From a phage: a stretch of DNA of 64,000 nt. Where the stretch lies: sequence record PZ452594.1; one strand, written 5' to 3'. Below the pieces are notes generated by a model. It made no database searches, was not told the DNA's origin, and saw nothing but the letters and a program-made list of their open reading frames with translations. Both the position numbers and the translations under genes were made by a program. Below, piece after piece: positions 51,496 to 62,860 of this stretch (positions are counted from its first letter, which is position 1; each line of letters starts with the position of its first letter).

Positions 51496-54400
51496 ATGGC
51501 CGAGATTAAAAGAAAGTTCAGAGCAGAAGATGGTCTGGACGCAGGTGGTGATAAAATAATCAACGTAGCTTTAGCTGATCGTACCGTAGGAACTGACGGT
51601 GTTAACGTTGATTACTTAATTCAAGAAAACACAGTTCAACAATATGATCCAACTCGTGGATATTTAAAAGATTTTGTAATCATTTATGATAACCGCTTTT
51701 GGGCTGCTATAAATGATATTCCAAAACCGGCAGGAGCTTTTAATAGCGGACGCTGGAGAGCATTACGTACCGATGCTAACTGGATTACGGTTTCATCTGG
51801 TTCATATCAATTAAAATCCGGTGAAGCTATTTCGGTTAACACCGCAGCTGGAAATGACATCACGTTTACTTTACCATCTTCTCCAATTGATGGTGATACT
51901 ATCGTTCTCCAAGATATTGGAGGAAAACCTGGAGTTAACCAAGTTTTAATTGTAGCTCCAGTGCAAAGTATTGTAAACTTCAGAGGCGAGCAAGTACGTT
52001 CAGTACTAATGACTCATCCAAAGTCACAGTTAGTTTTAATTTTTAGTAATCGTCTGTGGCAAATGTATGTTGCTGATTATAGTAGAGAAGCTATAGTTGT
52101 AACACCAGCAAGTCTCTATCAGGCGCAATCTAATGATTTTATCGTACGTAGATTTACTTCTGCTGCACCAATTAATGTTAAACTTCCAAGATTTGCTAAT
52201 CATGGCGATATTATTAATTTCGTTGATTTAGATAAACTGAATCCACTTTATCATACAATTGTTACTACATACGATGAAACGACTTCAGTACAAGAAGTTG
52301 GAACTCATTCCATTGAAGGCCGTACATCGATTGACGGTTTCTTGATGTTTGATGATAATGAGAAATTGTGGAGATTGTTTGACGGGGATAGTAAAGCGCG
52401 TTTACGCATTATAACGACTAATTCTAATATTCGTCCAAACGAAGAAGTTATGGTATTTGGTGCGAATAACGGAACAACTCAAACAATTGAGCTTCAGCTT
52501 CCAACTAATATTTCTGTTGGTGATACTGTTAAAATTTCCATGAATTACATGAGAAAAGGACAAACAGTTAAAATCAAAGCTGCCGGTGAAGATAAAATTG
52601 CTTCTTCAGTTCAATTACTGCAATTCCCAAAACGCTCAGAATATCCGCCTGAAGCTGAATGGGTTACAGTCCAAGAATTAGTTTTTAACGGTGAAACTAA
52701 TTATGTACCAGTTTTAGAACTTGCTTATATTGAAGATTCTGATGGAAAATATTGGGTTGTACAGCAAAACGTTCCAACCGTAGAAAGAGTAGACTCTTTA
52801 AATGATTCTACTAGAGCAAGATTAGGCGTAATTGCTTTAGCTACACAAGCTCAAGCTAATGTCGATTTAGAAAATTCTCCACAAAAAGAATTAGCAATTA
52901 CTCCAGAAACATTAGCTAACCGTACTGCTACTGAAACTCGTAGAGGTATCGCAAGAATAGCAACTACTGCTCAAGTGAATCAGAACACCACATTCTCTTT
53001 TGCTGATGACCTTATCATCACTCCTAAAAAGCTGAATGAAAGAACTGCTACAGAAACTCGCAGAGGTGTCGCAGAAATTGCTACGCAGCAAGAAACTAAT
53101 ACAGGTACTGATGATACTACAATCATTACTCCTAAAAAGCTTCAAGCTCGTCAAGGTTCTGAATCATTATCTGGTATTGTAACTTTTGTATCTACGGCGG
53201 GTGCTACTCCAGCTTCTAGTCGTGAATTAAATGGTACAAATGTTTATAATAAAAACACTAATAACTTAGTTGTTTCACCTAAAGCCTTGGATCAGTATAA
53301 AGCTACTCCAACACAGCAAGGTGCAGTAATTTTAGCAGTTGAAAGTGAAGTAATTGCTGGACAAAGTCAGGAAGGATGGACAAATGCTGTTGTAACGCCA
53401 GAAACGTTACATAAAAAGACATCAACTGATGGAAGAATTGGTTTAATTGAAATTGCTACGCAAAGTGAAGTTAATACAGGAACTGATTATACTCGTGCAG
53501 TCACTCCTAAAACTTTAAATGACCGTAAAGCAACTGAAAGTTTAAGTGGTATAGCTGAAATTGCTACGCAAGTTGAATTCGACGCAGGCGTCGACGATAC
53601 TCGTATCTCTACACCATTAAAAATTAAAACCAGATTTAATAGTACTGATCGTACTTCTGTTGTTGCTCTATCTGGATTAGTTGAATCAGGAACTCTCTGG
53701 GACCATTATACACTTAATATTCTTGAAGCAAATGAGACACAGCGTGGTACACTTCGTATAGCTACACAAGTTGAAGCTGCTGCAGGAACATTAGATAATG
53801 TTTTAATAACTCCTAAAAAGCTTTTAGGTACTAAATCTACTGAAGCACAGGAAGGTGTTATTAAAGTTGCAACCCAGTCTGAAACTGTGACTGGAACGTC
53901 AGCGAACACTGCTGTATCTCCAAAAAATTTAAAATGGATTGTGCAGAGTGAACCTACTTGGGCAGCTACTACTGCGATAAGAGGTTTTGTTAAAACTTCA
54001 TCTGGTTCAATTACATTCGTTGGTAATGATACAGTCGGTTCGACCCAAGATTTAGAACTGTATGAGAAAAATAGCTATGCGGTATCACCATATGAATTAA
54101 ACCGTGTATTAGCAAATTATTTGCCGTTAAAAGCAAAAGCTGCTGATACAAATTTATTGGATGGTCTAGATTCATCTCAGTTCATTCGTAGGGATATTGC
54201 ACAGACGGTTAATGGTTCACTAACCTTAACCCAACAAACGAATCTGAGTGCCCCTCTTGTATCATCTAGTACTGCTACGTTTGGTGGTTCAGTTTCGGCA
54301 AATAGTACATTAACTATTTCTAATACTGGAACGACTTCTTCTCGATTTACATTTGAGAAAGGTCCTGCTTCTGGTAGTAATGCTGATTCTGCATTGTATG

Positions 54401-55368
54401 TTCGTGTATGGGGTAATAAGTACAGCGGCGGTTCTGATGTAACTCGTGCAACGATTATAGAATTCTCTGATGCTACCGGCTCTCATTTCTATTCTCAAAG
54501 AGATACGTCAAATAATGTGTTGTTCAACATTTCAGGTACGATGCAATCAGTCAACGCTAACGTTCGTGGTGTTCTGAACGTTACAGGTGTCTCAACGTTT
54601 AATAGTTCAGTTACAGCCAATGGTGAATTCATTAGCAAGTCTGCAAATGCTTTCAGAGCAATAAATGGTGATTATGGATTCTTTATCAGGAATGATGGCG
54701 GTAGCACATATTTTATGCTTACTGCATCTGGTGATCAGACTGGCGGATTTAATGGATTACGTCCATTATCAATTAATAATGCATCTGGCCAAGTAACGAT
54801 TGGTGAAAGCTTAATCATTGCCAAAGGTGCTACTATAAATTCAGGTGGTTTGACTGTTAACTCGAGAATTCGTTCTCAGGGTACTAAAACATCTGATTTA
54901 TACACCCGTGCACCAACATCTGATACTGTAGGATTCTGGTCAATTGATATTAACGATTCAGCCACTTATAACCAGTTTCCGGGTTATTTTAAAATGGTTG
55001 AAAAAACTAATGAAGTGACTGGGCTTCCATACTTAGAACGTGGAGAAGAAGTTAAATCTCCTGGTACACTGACTCAGTTTGGTAACACACTTGATTCGCT
55101 TTACCAAGATTGGATTACTTATCCAACGACGCCAGAAGCGCGTACCACTCGCTGGACACGTACATGGCAGAAAACCAAAAACTCTTGGTCAAGTTTTGTT
55201 CAGGTATTTGACGGAGGTAACCCTCCTCAACCATCTGATATCGGTGCTTTACCATCTGATAATGCTACAATGGGGAATCTTACTATTCGTGATTTCTTGC
55301 GAATTGGTAATGTTCGCATTGTTCCTGACCCAGTGAATAAAACGGTTAAATTTGAATGGGTTGAATAA
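51496..55368 (+). CDS. 34: Long tail fibre proximal subunit gp34 (1290 aa)
   Basis: 1290-aa ORF with internal ~40-aa tandem repeats; TATAAATA 25 nt upstream. Confidence 0.97.
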   Translation: MAEIKRKFRAEDGLDAGGDKIINVALADRTVGTDGVNVDYLIQENTVQQYDPTRGYLKDFVIIYDNRFWAAINDIPKPAGAFNSGRWRALRTDANWITVSSGSYQLKSGEAISVNTAAGNDITFTLPSSPIDGDTIVLQDIGGKPGVNQVLIVAPVQSIVNFRGEQVRSVLMTHPKSQLVLIFSNRLWQMYVADYSREAIVVTPASLYQAQSNDFIVRRFTSAAPINVKLPRFANHGDIINFVDLDKLNPLYHTIVTTYDETTSVQEVGTHSIEGRTSIDGFLMFDDNEKLWRLFDGDSKARLRIITTNSNIRPNEEVMVFGANNGTTQTIELQLPTNISVGDTVKISMNYMRKGQTVKIKAAGEDKIASSVQLLQFPKRSEYPPEAEWVTVQELVFNGETNYVPVLELAYIEDSDGKYWVVQQNVPTVERVDSLNDSTRARLGVIALATQAQANVDLENSPQKELAITPETLANRTATETRRGIARIATTAQVNQNTTFSFADDLIITPKKLNERTATETRRGVAEIATQQETNTGTDDTTIITPKKLQARQGSESLSGIVTFVSTAGATPASSRELNGTNVYNKNTNNLVVSPKALDQYKATPTQQGAVILAVESEVIAGQSQEGWTNAVVTPETLHKKTSTDGRIGLIEIATQSEVNTGTDYTRAVTPKTLNDRKATESLSGIAEIATQVEFDAGVDDTRISTPLKIKTRFNSTDRTSVVALSGLVESGTLWDHYTLNILEANETQRGTLRIATQVEAAAGTLDNVLITPKKLLGTKSTEAQEGVIKVATQSETVTGTSANTAVSPKNLKWIVQSEPTWAATTAIRGFVKTSSGSITFVGNDTVGSTQDLELYEKNSYAVSPYELNRVLANYLPLKAKAADTNLLDGLDSSQFIRRDIAQTVNGSLTLTQQTNLSAPLVSSSTATFGGSVSANSTLTISNTGTTSSRFTFEKGPASGSNADSALYVRVWGNKYSGGSDVTRATIIEFSDATGSHFYSQRDTSNNVLFNISGTMQSVNANVRGVLNVTGVSTFNSSVTANGEFISKSANAFRAINGDYGFFIRNDGGSTYFMLTASGDQTGGFNGLRPLSINNASGQVTIGESLIIAKGATINSGGLTVNSRIRSQGTKTSDLYTRAPTSDTVGFWSIDINDSATYNQFPGYFKMVEKTNEVTGLPYLERGEEVKSPGTLTQFGNTLDSLYQDWITYPTTPEARTTRWTRTWQKTKNSWSSFVQVFDGGNPPQPSDIGALPSDNATMGNLTIRDFLRIGNVRIVPDPVNKTVKFEWVE
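52890..53940 (+). repeat. Intragenic tandem repeats in gene 34 (about 7-8 units of ~40 aa)
   Basis: Repeated units ITP(E/K)xL...ATE(T/S)xxG(I/V)AxIATQ...; DNA strings actcctaaaaagct and gaaactcg(t/c)agaggt recur. Confidence 0.6.
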
Positions 55369-55376
55369 GAGGTATT

Positions 55377-56492
55377 ATGGAAAAATTTATGGCAGAGTTT
55401 GGACAAGGATATGTCCAAACGCCATTTTTATCGGAAAGCAATTCAGTAAGATACAAAATAAGCATAGCGGGTTCTTGCCCGCTTTCTACAGCAGGACCAT
55501 ACGTTAAATTTCAGGATAATCCTGTAGGAAGTCAAACATTTAGCGCAGGTCTTCATTTAAGAGTTTTTGACCCTTCCACGGGAGCATTAGTTGATAGTAA
55601 GTCATATTCTTTTTCGACTTCAAATGATACTACATCTGCTGCTTTTGTTAGTTTCATGAATTCTATTTCAAGCAATAGACTTGTTGCTATATTAACTAAC
55701 GGAAAGGTTAATTTTCCTCCTGAAGTAGTATCTTGGTTAAGAACCGCCGGAACGTCTGCCTTTCCATCTGATTCTATATTGTCAAGATTTGACGTATCAT
55801 ATGCTGCTTTTTATACTTCTTCTAAAAGAGCTATTGCATTAGAGCATGTTAAACTGAGTAATAGAAAAAGCACAGATGATTATCAAACTATTTTAGATGT
55901 TGTATTTGACAGTTTAGAAGACGTCGGAGCTACCGGGTTTCCAAGAAGAACGTATGAAAGTGTTGAGCAATTTATGTCGGCAGTCGGTGGAACTAATAAC
56001 GAAATTGCGAGATTGCCAACTTCAGCTGCTATAAGTAAATTATCTGATTATAATTTAATTCCTGGTGATGTTCTTTATCTTAAAGCACAGCTATATGCTG
56101 ATGCTGATTTACTTGCTCTTGGAACTACAAATATATCTATCCGTTTTTATAATGCATCTAATGGATATATTTCCTCGACACAAGCTGAGTTTACTGGGCA
56201 AGCTGGGTCATGGGAATTAAAGGAAGATTATGTAGTTGTTCCAGAAAATGCAGTAGGATTTACGATATATGCACAAAGAACTGCACAAGCTGGTCAAGGC
56301 GGAATGAGGAACTTAAGCTTTTCTGAGGTATCAAGAAATGGCGGTATTTCAAAACCTGCTGAATTTGGCGTCAACGGTATTCGTGTTAATTATATCTGTG
56401 AATCTGCTTCACCTCCGGATATAATGGTACTTCCTACACAAGCATCGTCTAAAACTGGTAAAGTGTTTGGGCAAGAATTTAGAGAAGTTTAA
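55377..56492 (+). CDS. 35: Long tail fibre hinge protein gp35 (371 aa)
   Basis: 371-aa ORF between 34 and 36. Confidence 0.9.
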   Translation: MEKFMAEFGQGYVQTPFLSESNSVRYKISIAGSCPLSTAGPYVKFQDNPVGSQTFSAGLHLRVFDPSTGALVDSKSYSFSTSNDTTSAAFVSFMNSISSNRLVAILTNGKVNFPPEVVSWLRTAGTSAFPSDSILSRFDVSYAAFYTSSKRAIALEHVKLSNRKSTDDYQTILDVVFDSLEDVGATGFPRRTYESVEQFMSAVGGTNNEIARLPTSAAISKLSDYNLIPGDVLYLKAQLYADADLLALGTTNISIRFYNASNGYISSTQAEFTGQAGSWELKEDYVVVPENAVGFTIYAQRTAQAGQGGMRNLSFSEVSRNGGISKPAEFGVNGIRVNYICESASPPDIMVLPTQASSKTGKVFGQEFREV

Positions 56493-56497
56493 ATTGA

Positions 56498-56515
56498 GGG
56501 AGCCTTCGGGTTCCC
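56498..56515 (+). terminator. Rho-independent terminator after gene 35
   Basis: gggagcc ttcg ggttccc followed by ttttt; separates 35 from the gene 36 late promoter. Confidence 0.7.
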
Positions 56516-56523
56516 TTTTTCTT

Positions 56524-56531
56524 TATAAATA
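56524..56531 (+). promoter_or_regulatory. Late promoter motif upstream of gene 36
   Basis: Exact TATAAATA 24 nt before ATG 56555, directly after the gene 35 terminator. Confidence 0.65.
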
Positions 56532-56554
56532 CTATTAAAATAAAGGGGCATACA

Positions 56555-57220
56555 ATGGCTGATTTAAAAGTAGGTTCAACAACCGGAGGCTCTGTCATTT
56601 GGCATCAAGGAAATTTTCCATTGAATCCAGCCGGTGACGATGTACTCTATAAATCATTTAAAATATATTCAGAATATAATAAACCACAAGCTGCTGATAA
56701 CGATTTCGTTTCTAAAGCTAATGGTGGTACTTATGCATCAAAGGTAACATTTAACAGTGGCGTGCAAATACCATATGCTGTAAACAATACAAACCAAAGC
56801 GGTATTTATCCTGGCAATGGTGATGCTGCTACTTTTGATACAGCAAATATTGATATTGTTTCATGGTATGGCATTGGTTTTAAATCATCACAAGGATCTG
56901 CAGGTAGAACTGTTGTTGTTAACACTCGTACCGGTGATATCAGCACTAAAGGTGGTATTTATGCAATCGGACCCGTCCGTTCTAACGTTACCGCTCCAGT
57001 TGCAGCAAATGACCTTACTAGAAAGGACTATGTTGATGGAGCAATAAATACTGTTACGGCAAATGCGAACTCTAGAGTGTTGCGTTCTGGCGACACTATG
57101 ACAGGTAATTTAACCGCACCAAACTTTTTCTCGCAGAATCCTGCATCTCAACCTTCACACGTTCCACGATTTGACCAAATCGTAATTAAGGATTCTGTTC
57201 AAGATTTCGGCTATTATTAA
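56555..57220 (+). CDS. 36: Long tail fibre distal subunit gp36 (221 aa)
   Basis: 221-aa ORF with own late promoter motif; precedes gene 37. Confidence 0.9.
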   Translation: MADLKVGSTTGGSVIWHQGNFPLNPAGDDVLYKSFKIYSEYNKPQAADNDFVSKANGGTYASKVTFNSGVQIPYAVNNTNQSGIYPGNGDAATFDTANIDIVSWYGIGFKSSQGSAGRTVVVNTRTGDISTKGGIYAIGPVRSNVTAPVAANDLTRKDYVDGAINTVTANANSRVLRSGDTMTGNLTAPNFFSQNPASQPSHVPRFDQIVIKDSVQDFGYY

Positions 57221-57228
57221 GAGGACTT

Positions 57229-60200
57229 ATGGCTACTTTAAAACAAATACAATTTAAAAGAAGCAAAACCGCAGGTGCACGTCCTGCTGCTTCAGTATTA
57301 GCCGAAGGTGAATTGGCTATAAACTTAAAAGATAGAACAATTTTTACTAAAGATGATTCAGGAAATATCATTGATCTAGGTATTGCTAAAGGCGGTCAAA
57401 TTGATGGAAATGTAACTATTGATGGAACTTTACGCGTCAATGGACCAATAAACAACTTTGGAAATTTTTCTACAAATGGTACTATTACGGCAAGTAATAT
57501 TGTTTCTGCTACAGTATTCAGATCAACATCCGGTTCATTTTATACAAGAGCAATAAATGATACTGCAAATGCCCATCTTTGGTTTGAAAATACAAATGGC
57601 TCAGAACGTGGCGTTTTATATTCAAAACCGCAGTCTGAAAATGAAGGCGTAATTACAATGCGTGTTCGTCAAGGAACCGCTGCGGGAGCTCAAAATTCAG
57701 AATTTCATTTCATTTCTACTGATGGCGGTATCTTCCAGGCACGTAAGTTAACTGCTTTAACTTCTATTAGTACACCAACTATTAGTGTTAATTTAATTAA
57801 TCATGATTCTAAATCATTTGGACAATACGATTCACAATCTTTGGTTAACTATGTTTATCCTGGAACTGGTGAAACAAATGGCGTAAACTATCTTCGTAAA
57901 GTTCGCGCTAAGTCCGGTGGTACAATTTATCATGAAATTGTTACTGCCCAAACAGGCCTGGCTGATGAAGTTTCTTGGTGGACTGGTAATACACCGTTAT
58001 TTAAACTATATGGTATTCGTAACGACGGTAGAATGATTATTCGCAATAGCTTGGCCATTGGTACTGTGACGCAAGGGTTTCCGTCAAGCGATTATGGAAA
58101 TGTTGGGGCACTAGGAAATATATTTCTTGCTTTAGGTGATAATGGAACTGGTCTAGTTTATAGAAAAACCGGCGTATTTGATTTTGTTGGTTCTGGTTTA
58201 TCTTTGGCATCTATTACACCTGATAGTTTCCGTAGTACCCGTAAAGCAATTTTTGGTCGTTCCGAGGACCAAGGTACAACATGGATTATGCCTGGCACTA
58301 ATGCTGCTTTCTTGTCTGTTCAAACACAAGCTGATACTAACAATGCTGGAGACGGGCAAACTCATATTGGGTACAATGCTGACGGTAAAATGAGTCATTA
58401 TTTCCGCGGTAAAGGCAAAACTAATATTAATACTCAGGAAGGTGTGGACGTTAACCCTGGTATTTTAAAATTGGTAACTGGTTCTAATAACGTACAGTTT
58501 TATGCTAACGGAACAGTATCTTCAATACAAAGAATTAAATTTGATAATGGATTAGTTCTTACTGGTGCTAGACCCGATGGTATTCAACTTGACGCTCCTA
58601 CAACAACAGATGGCACTAAAACTATATTGTGGGCCGGTGGTACTCGCGCAGGTCAGAATAAAAGTTATGTATCTATCAAAGCATGGGGTAATGCCTTTAA
58701 CGCATCTGGCGATCGTTCCCGTGAAACAGTTTTTGAGGTAGGTGATGGGCAAGGTTACCATTTTTATTCTCAACGTGTAGCTCCTGCGCCTGGTTCGACT
58801 GTCGGGCCTATTCAACTACGAGTTAATGGTGGTTTATTAACTTCAGGTAGTATTGTTGCTTCTGGTTCTATTACAACCGAATCTTCTTTGAGTGTTAATA
58901 ATGGCATGTCAGTAAACGGTGAATTAAAGGTTGGTGGTACCGCAGATAACTTCCGTATTTGGAACGCTAAATACGGCGCTATTTTCCGTCGTTCAGAAGA
59001 TTCCTTGTATATAATTCCTACAGCCATTAACCAAGGCGAAAGCGGTGGAATAAGCGATATAAGACCGTTCAGTATTAACCTTGGCACTGGCTCTGTTGTA
59101 ATGGGTAACCATACTCAAGCGGGTAAAAACCTTTTCACGGTTGATAACGTTTCTAAATTAGTACAAACTGATGTTCGTTTCCGTGTTAACATGGATTCCG
59201 ACGGTATTGTTTTGAATGCTTCTTCTCAAGCAGCGTCTAACTTTATCCAAGGACGTAAAGCGGATGTTACAAAATGGTATCTCGGTATTGGCGACGGTGG
59301 TAACGTTGTTCGTTTACATAACTATACCTATTCCCACGGTATTGCATTAAACTCTGATACTGTAGATATTACTAAGCCTCTTAAAATTAATAATATTCGA
59401 ATTGGTACAGATGGCAACATCACAGGTGGTACTGATAATTTTGCCAATTTAAATACAACGTTAAACAATAAAGTCAATGTTGGTGGTTGGTCAGGCGGAG
59501 CTACAACTGGGTGGTATAAGTTTGCGACAGTTAATATTCCTCAATCTACTGGAACAGTATCATTTAAAATATATGGTGGTTCAGGATTTAATTTTAAAAG
59601 TTATGGGCAAGCTTCTGTCGCAGAAATAATTCTTAGAACTGGAAATAATCCTAAAGGACTTAACGCTACATTATGGAACAGAACTTCTGAAGCATTTTCA
59701 CAAATTGCTACAGTTAACACAAGCAATGATACATATGACGTTTATGTTTATGTGGGAGGATATTCAAATGCTTTAGTCGTCGAATATTCATGTACCAGTA
59801 ATAGTACAGTAACTGTTGTTGGTGTTAATGGAGGAATTCAACCTATTGTTGAAACACTTCCAGAAGGTCATGTAGTAGGTAAAACTGTAAGATTATTGAA
59901 TAACATCGATGGAATGTTTGCTGCTGGTGAATCTGATGTTGTTACTCGTGGTGAATTTGTTACCAATAACCAAAAAGGTTTACGCATTAAATCTAGAGGC
60001 AACGATATTGATTCTAATGCTGTTATTATTCGAAATGATGGTGGAAGTTTTTATATTCTAGCTACAGATAAGAATACATCATCAAATCCTGATGCTGCAT
60101 CAGGTAATTGGAATAATTTAAGACCTTTCTCCATTAATATGGCTGATGGTCGCGTTGGTATGAACCATGGTCTAAATATTACCGGCGGTGGCTTGAATGT

Positions 60201-61071
60201 TACTGGTGGCTTGAATGTTACTAGCGGTAATACTAGTTTAGGTAATATCTCGTCTCGTGTAGTAGCAGGTTGGCGAGGAGCGTCTGGTTGGGCTGATAAC
60301 TCGGATACAATGAAATCTAAAATCACCTTTATGGCAGACCATGGGGATTTATCTAATTCAGGCAGTTATTATCCTATTGTAGGTGCATACAGCAACTATG
60401 GTTCAGCAGGTTATCGTCAAACCTTTGAATTTGGATGGGTCGGCTCTGGTACCACCGCTGGGTGGCGAGAAGGTATTATTCGTATTCGCGGAGATAATGC
60501 TAACGGCCAGCAAGCAAGATGGCGCTTTACAATGAACGGTATTTTAGATTGCCCTGGTAAAGTACAGATGCCACAAACAAGCGCATTTGGTGTCAATACA
60601 ACAAATGGATGGGGTGGTAACTCAATTGCGATAGGTGATAGCGATACTGGTTTTAGACAAGTAGGCGATGGGCTTTTAGAAACATGGGCAAACAACGTTA
60701 AGGTCGTTCGTTATACTTCAAGTGAAGTTTATTCCGAGAAAAACGTCAACGCTCCTAACGTTTATATTCGTTCTGATATTCGTTTGAAATCTAATTTCAA
60801 GCCTATTGAAAACGCGCTCGAAAAGGTTGAACAACTTGATGGTTTAATCTATGACAAAGCTGAATATATAGGCGGTGAACCTGTCCAAACAGAAGCAGGT
60901 ATTATAGCTCAAACGTTGCAAGACGTTTTACCAGAAGCCGTCCGTGAAACAGAAGACAGCAAGGGTAATAAAATACTCACTGTTTCTTCTCAAGCCCAGA
61001 TTGCTCTTCTGGTTGAAGCTGTGAAAACACTTTCTTCTCGTGTAAAAGAACTTGAATCTAAACTTATGTAA
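57229..61071 (+). CDS. 37: Long tail fibre distal subunit gp37 (1280 aa) with C-terminal intramolecular chaperone domain
   Basis: N-terminus [22 protein letters not shown] (conserved gp36-binding region); C-terminal ~100 aa begin at SDIRLK (Ser-Lys dyad signature of S74-type auto-processing chaperone domains). Confidence 0.93.
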   Translation: MATLKQIQFKRSKTAGARPAASVLAEGELAINLKDRTIFTKDDSGNIIDLGIAKGGQIDGNVTIDGTLRVNGPINNFGNFSTNGTITASNIVSATVFRSTSGSFYTRAINDTANAHLWFENTNGSERGVLYSKPQSENEGVITMRVRQGTAAGAQNSEFHFISTDGGIFQARKLTALTSISTPTISVNLINHDSKSFGQYDSQSLVNYVYPGTGETNGVNYLRKVRAKSGGTIYHEIVTAQTGLADEVSWWTGNTPLFKLYGIRNDGRMIIRNSLAIGTVTQGFPSSDYGNVGALGNIFLALGDNGTGLVYRKTGVFDFVGSGLSLASITPDSFRSTRKAIFGRSEDQGTTWIMPGTNAAFLSVQTQADTNNAGDGQTHIGYNADGKMSHYFRGKGKTNINTQEGVDVNPGILKLVTGSNNVQFYANGTVSSIQRIKFDNGLVLTGARPDGIQLDAPTTTDGTKTILWAGGTRAGQNKSYVSIKAWGNAFNASGDRSRETVFEVGDGQGYHFYSQRVAPAPGSTVGPIQLRVNGGLLTSGSIVASGSITTESSLSVNNGMSVNGELKVGGTADNFRIWNAKYGAIFRRSEDSLYIIPTAINQGESGGISDIRPFSINLGTGSVVMGNHTQAGKNLFTVDNVSKLVQTDVRFRVNMDSDGIVLNASSQAASNFIQGRKADVTKWYLGIGDGGNVVRLHNYTYSHGIALNSDTVDITKPLKINNIRIGTDGNITGGTDNFANLNTTLNNKVNVGGWSGGATTGWYKFATVNIPQSTGTVSFKIYGGSGFNFKSYGQASVAEIILRTGNNPKGLNATLWNRTSEAFSQIATVNTSNDTYDVYVYVGGYSNALVVEYSCTSNSTVTVVGVNGGIQPIVETLPEGHVVGKTVRLLNNIDGMFAAGESDVVTRGEFVTNNQKGLRIKSRGNDIDSNAVIIRNDGGSFYILATDKNTSSNPDAASGNWNNLRPFSINMADGRVGMNHGLNITGGGLNVTGGLNVTSGNTSLGNISSRVVAGWRGASGWADNSDTMKSKITFMADHGDLSNSGSYYPIVGAYSNYGSAGYRQTFEFGWVGSGTTAGWREGIIRIRGDNANGQQARWRFTMNGILDCPGKVQMPQTSAFGVNTTNGWGGNSIAIGDSDTGFRQVGDGLLETWANNVKVVRYTSSEVYSEKNVNAPNVYIRSDIRLKSNFKPIENALEKVEQLDGLIYDKAEYIGGEPVQTEAGIIAQTLQDVLPEAVRETEDSKGNKILTVSSQAQIALLVEAVKTLSSRVKELESKLM
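60190..60225 (+). repeat. Perfect in-frame 18-bp tandem duplication in gene 37
   Basis: ggcttgaatgttact at 60190-60204 and again at 60208-60222 (period 18), encoding [12 protein letters not shown]. Confidence 0.7.
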
Positions 61072-61072
61072 A

Positions 61073-61090
61073 AGAGGGCTTCGGCCCTCT
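61073..61090 (+). terminator. UUCG-tetraloop hairpin after gene 37
   Basis: agagggc ttcg gccctct 2 nt after gene 37 stop. Confidence 0.6.
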
Positions 61091-61101
61091 AAGGATTTTT
61101 A

Positions 61102-61887
61102 ATGGCAATTGTAGGTGTTCCTGGCTGGATTGGCGAATCTGCCGTGAATGAAACTGGACAACGCTGGATGGATGCTGCAATGAGAGCTGTTCGTGTTTCA
61201 GTTCCTGGTTGGATGAGCTCAATGGCTGGACAATCTAAAGAAGTATATTACAGCATTGGTGCTAGTAATTCTTATAATAAAGACACGTTAATAAACTGGA
61301 TAAAAGCCCAAGGCAGTACTCCTGTTGTTATTACTATTACAGGAAATATTGTTTCTCAATCTACTGGTGTTCCATGCTTAGATTTTCCTAGCTCATTAAC
61401 TAATGCATACGTGACACTTAATATCAATTCAGGCGTGCATGTTTGGGGCCGTGGCGGGAATGGCGGAAATAACTCTGCCGGTGGAGCAGGAGGAACTGCA
61501 ATAAATAATGGAATTGGAACTAGATTGCGTATTAACAACAATGGTGTTATCGCAGGAGGCGGTGGCGGCGGTGGAGGCGGATATTATTCTCCTTTTTCAC
61601 AAATGAAATTGACTTTTGGCGGTGGCGGCGGTCGTCCATTTGGTGCTGCTGGCGGGTCTGCTAATATGGAACAGGGCGCTACTGCTGGTACTATTTCTGC
61701 ACCTGGTAAAGGGTCTGTCAATGGTATCTATAATGGCGGGAATGGCGGTGATGCTGGTGCCGCAGGTGGTAAATGTAATATTCGTGGGCAAGGATCAGAA
61801 TATAACGGCGGTGCTGCTGGTAAGGCTGTTACTGGTAATGCTCCAACTTGGACTAAAGTTGGTACAATATATGGTTCAAGAGTATAA
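61102..61887 (+). CDS. 38: gp38 receptor-recognising adhesin, T2-type with glycine-rich motifs (261 aa)
   Basis: 261 aa; N-terminus MAIVGVPGWIGESAVNETGQRWMDAAMRAV; multiple poly-Gly motifs (GGGGGGGGG, GGGGGRP, GGNGG) separated by variable segments. Confidence 0.85.
   Translation: MAIVGVPGWIGESAVNETGQRWMDAAMRAVRVSVPGWMSSMAGQSKEVYYSIGASNSYNKDTLINWIKAQGSTPVVITITGNIVSQSTGVPCLDFPSSLTNAYVTLNINSGVHVWGRGGNGGNNSAGGAGGTAINNGIGTRLRINNNGVIAGGGGGGGGGYYSPFSQMKLTFGGGGGRPFGAAGGSANMEQGATAGTISAPGKGSVNGIYNGGNGGDAGAAGGKCNIRGQGSEYNGGAAGKAVTGNAPTWTKVGTIYGSRV
61430..61760 (+). repeat. Glycine-codon (GGN) repeat tracts inside gene 38
   Basis: Runs such as ggaggcggtggcggcggtggaggcgga and ggcggtggcggcggtcgt encoding poly-Gly motifs; tract boundaries approximate. 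Confidence 0.6.
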
Positions 61888-61918
61888 TTTTGAATAAATA
61901 TCCTTAAAAGGAGGGTCT

Positions 61919-62575
61919 ATGGCAGCACCTAGAATATCATTTTCGCCCTCTGATATTCTGTTTGGTGTTCTAGATCGCTTGTTCAAAGATAATGCTACCG
62001 GGAAGGTTCTTGCTTCCCGAGTAGCTGTCGTAATTCTTTTATTTATGATGGCGATTGTTTGGTATAGGGGAGATAGTTTCTTTGAGTACTATAAGCAATC
62101 AAAGTATGAAACATACAGTGAAATTATTGAAAAGGAAAGAAATGCACGCTTTGAATCTGTCGCCCTGGAACAACTCCAGATAGTTCATATATCATCTGAG
62201 GCAGACTTTAGTGCGGTGTATTCTTTCCGCCCTAAAAACTTAAACTATTTTGTTGATATTATAGCATACGAAGGAAGATTACCTTCAACAATAACTGAAA
62301 AATCACTTGGAGGATATCCTGTTGATAAAACTATGGATGAATATACAGTTCATTTAAATGGACGTCATTATTATTCCGATTCAAAATTTGCTTTTTTACC
62401 AACTAAAAAGCCTACTCCCGAAATAAACTACATGTACAGTTGTCCATATTTTAATTTGGATAATATCTATGCTGGAACGATAACCATGTACTGGTATAGA
62501 AATGATCATATAAGTAATGACCGCCTTGAATCAATATGCGCTCAGGCGGCCAGAATATTAGGAAGGGCTAAATAA
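61919..62575 (+). CDS. t: Holin T (218 aa)
   Basis: 218 aa, single N-terminal TM helix (VAVVILLFMMAIVWY) and large periplasmic domain. Confidence 0.95.
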   Translation: MAAPRISFSPSDILFGVLDRLFKDNATGKVLASRVAVVILLFMMAIVWYRGDSFFEYYKQSKYETYSEIIEKERNARFESVALEQLQIVHISSEADFSAVYSFRPKNLNYFVDIIAYEGRLPSTITEKSLGGYPVDKTMDEYTVHLNGRHYYSDSKFAFLPTKKPTPEINYMYSCPYFNLDNIYAGTITMYWYRNDHISNDRLESICAQAARILGRAK

Positions 62576-62848
62576 TTATTTGTTCGTATACATCTCTAGA
62601 TATCGATATACACCCTCAAAACCCTCGTTGAATTCGTCGATGAGGGTTTTCTTATCTTCTTGAGTTAATTCAGAAACAATTTTACGGAATGAATTCTGAT
62701 TTAACTTTCTACCTTCATGCGTTACTCCAATCTCATTCAGAAATGCAATAAAATTAGCACGATTCTCAACAATATCTTCTCTGGAAAATTTAATCAAAAT
62801 AGACGCAACAGTAATAATTTCACGAACTGTATCAATGTTTTTATTCAT
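62576..62848 (-). CDS. asiA: AsiA anti-sigma-70 factor (90 aa)
   Basis: 90 aa, N-terminus MNKNIDTVREIITVASILIKFSREDIVENRANFIAFLNEIG. Confidence 0.95.
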   Translation of the reverse strand: MNKNIDTVREIITVASILIKFSREDIVENRANFIAFLNEIGVTHEGRKLNQNSFRKIVSELTQEDKKTLIDEFNEGFEGVYRYLEMYTNK

Positions 62849-62860
62849 TAACTATACCAC

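Noticed and set aside
61430-61660. Short GGC/GGT-rich repeats that could be mistaken for a repeat array or CRISPR-like element
   Set aside because: They are in-frame glycine codons within gene 38 with no spacer-repeat periodicity; no CRISPR array exists in the window.
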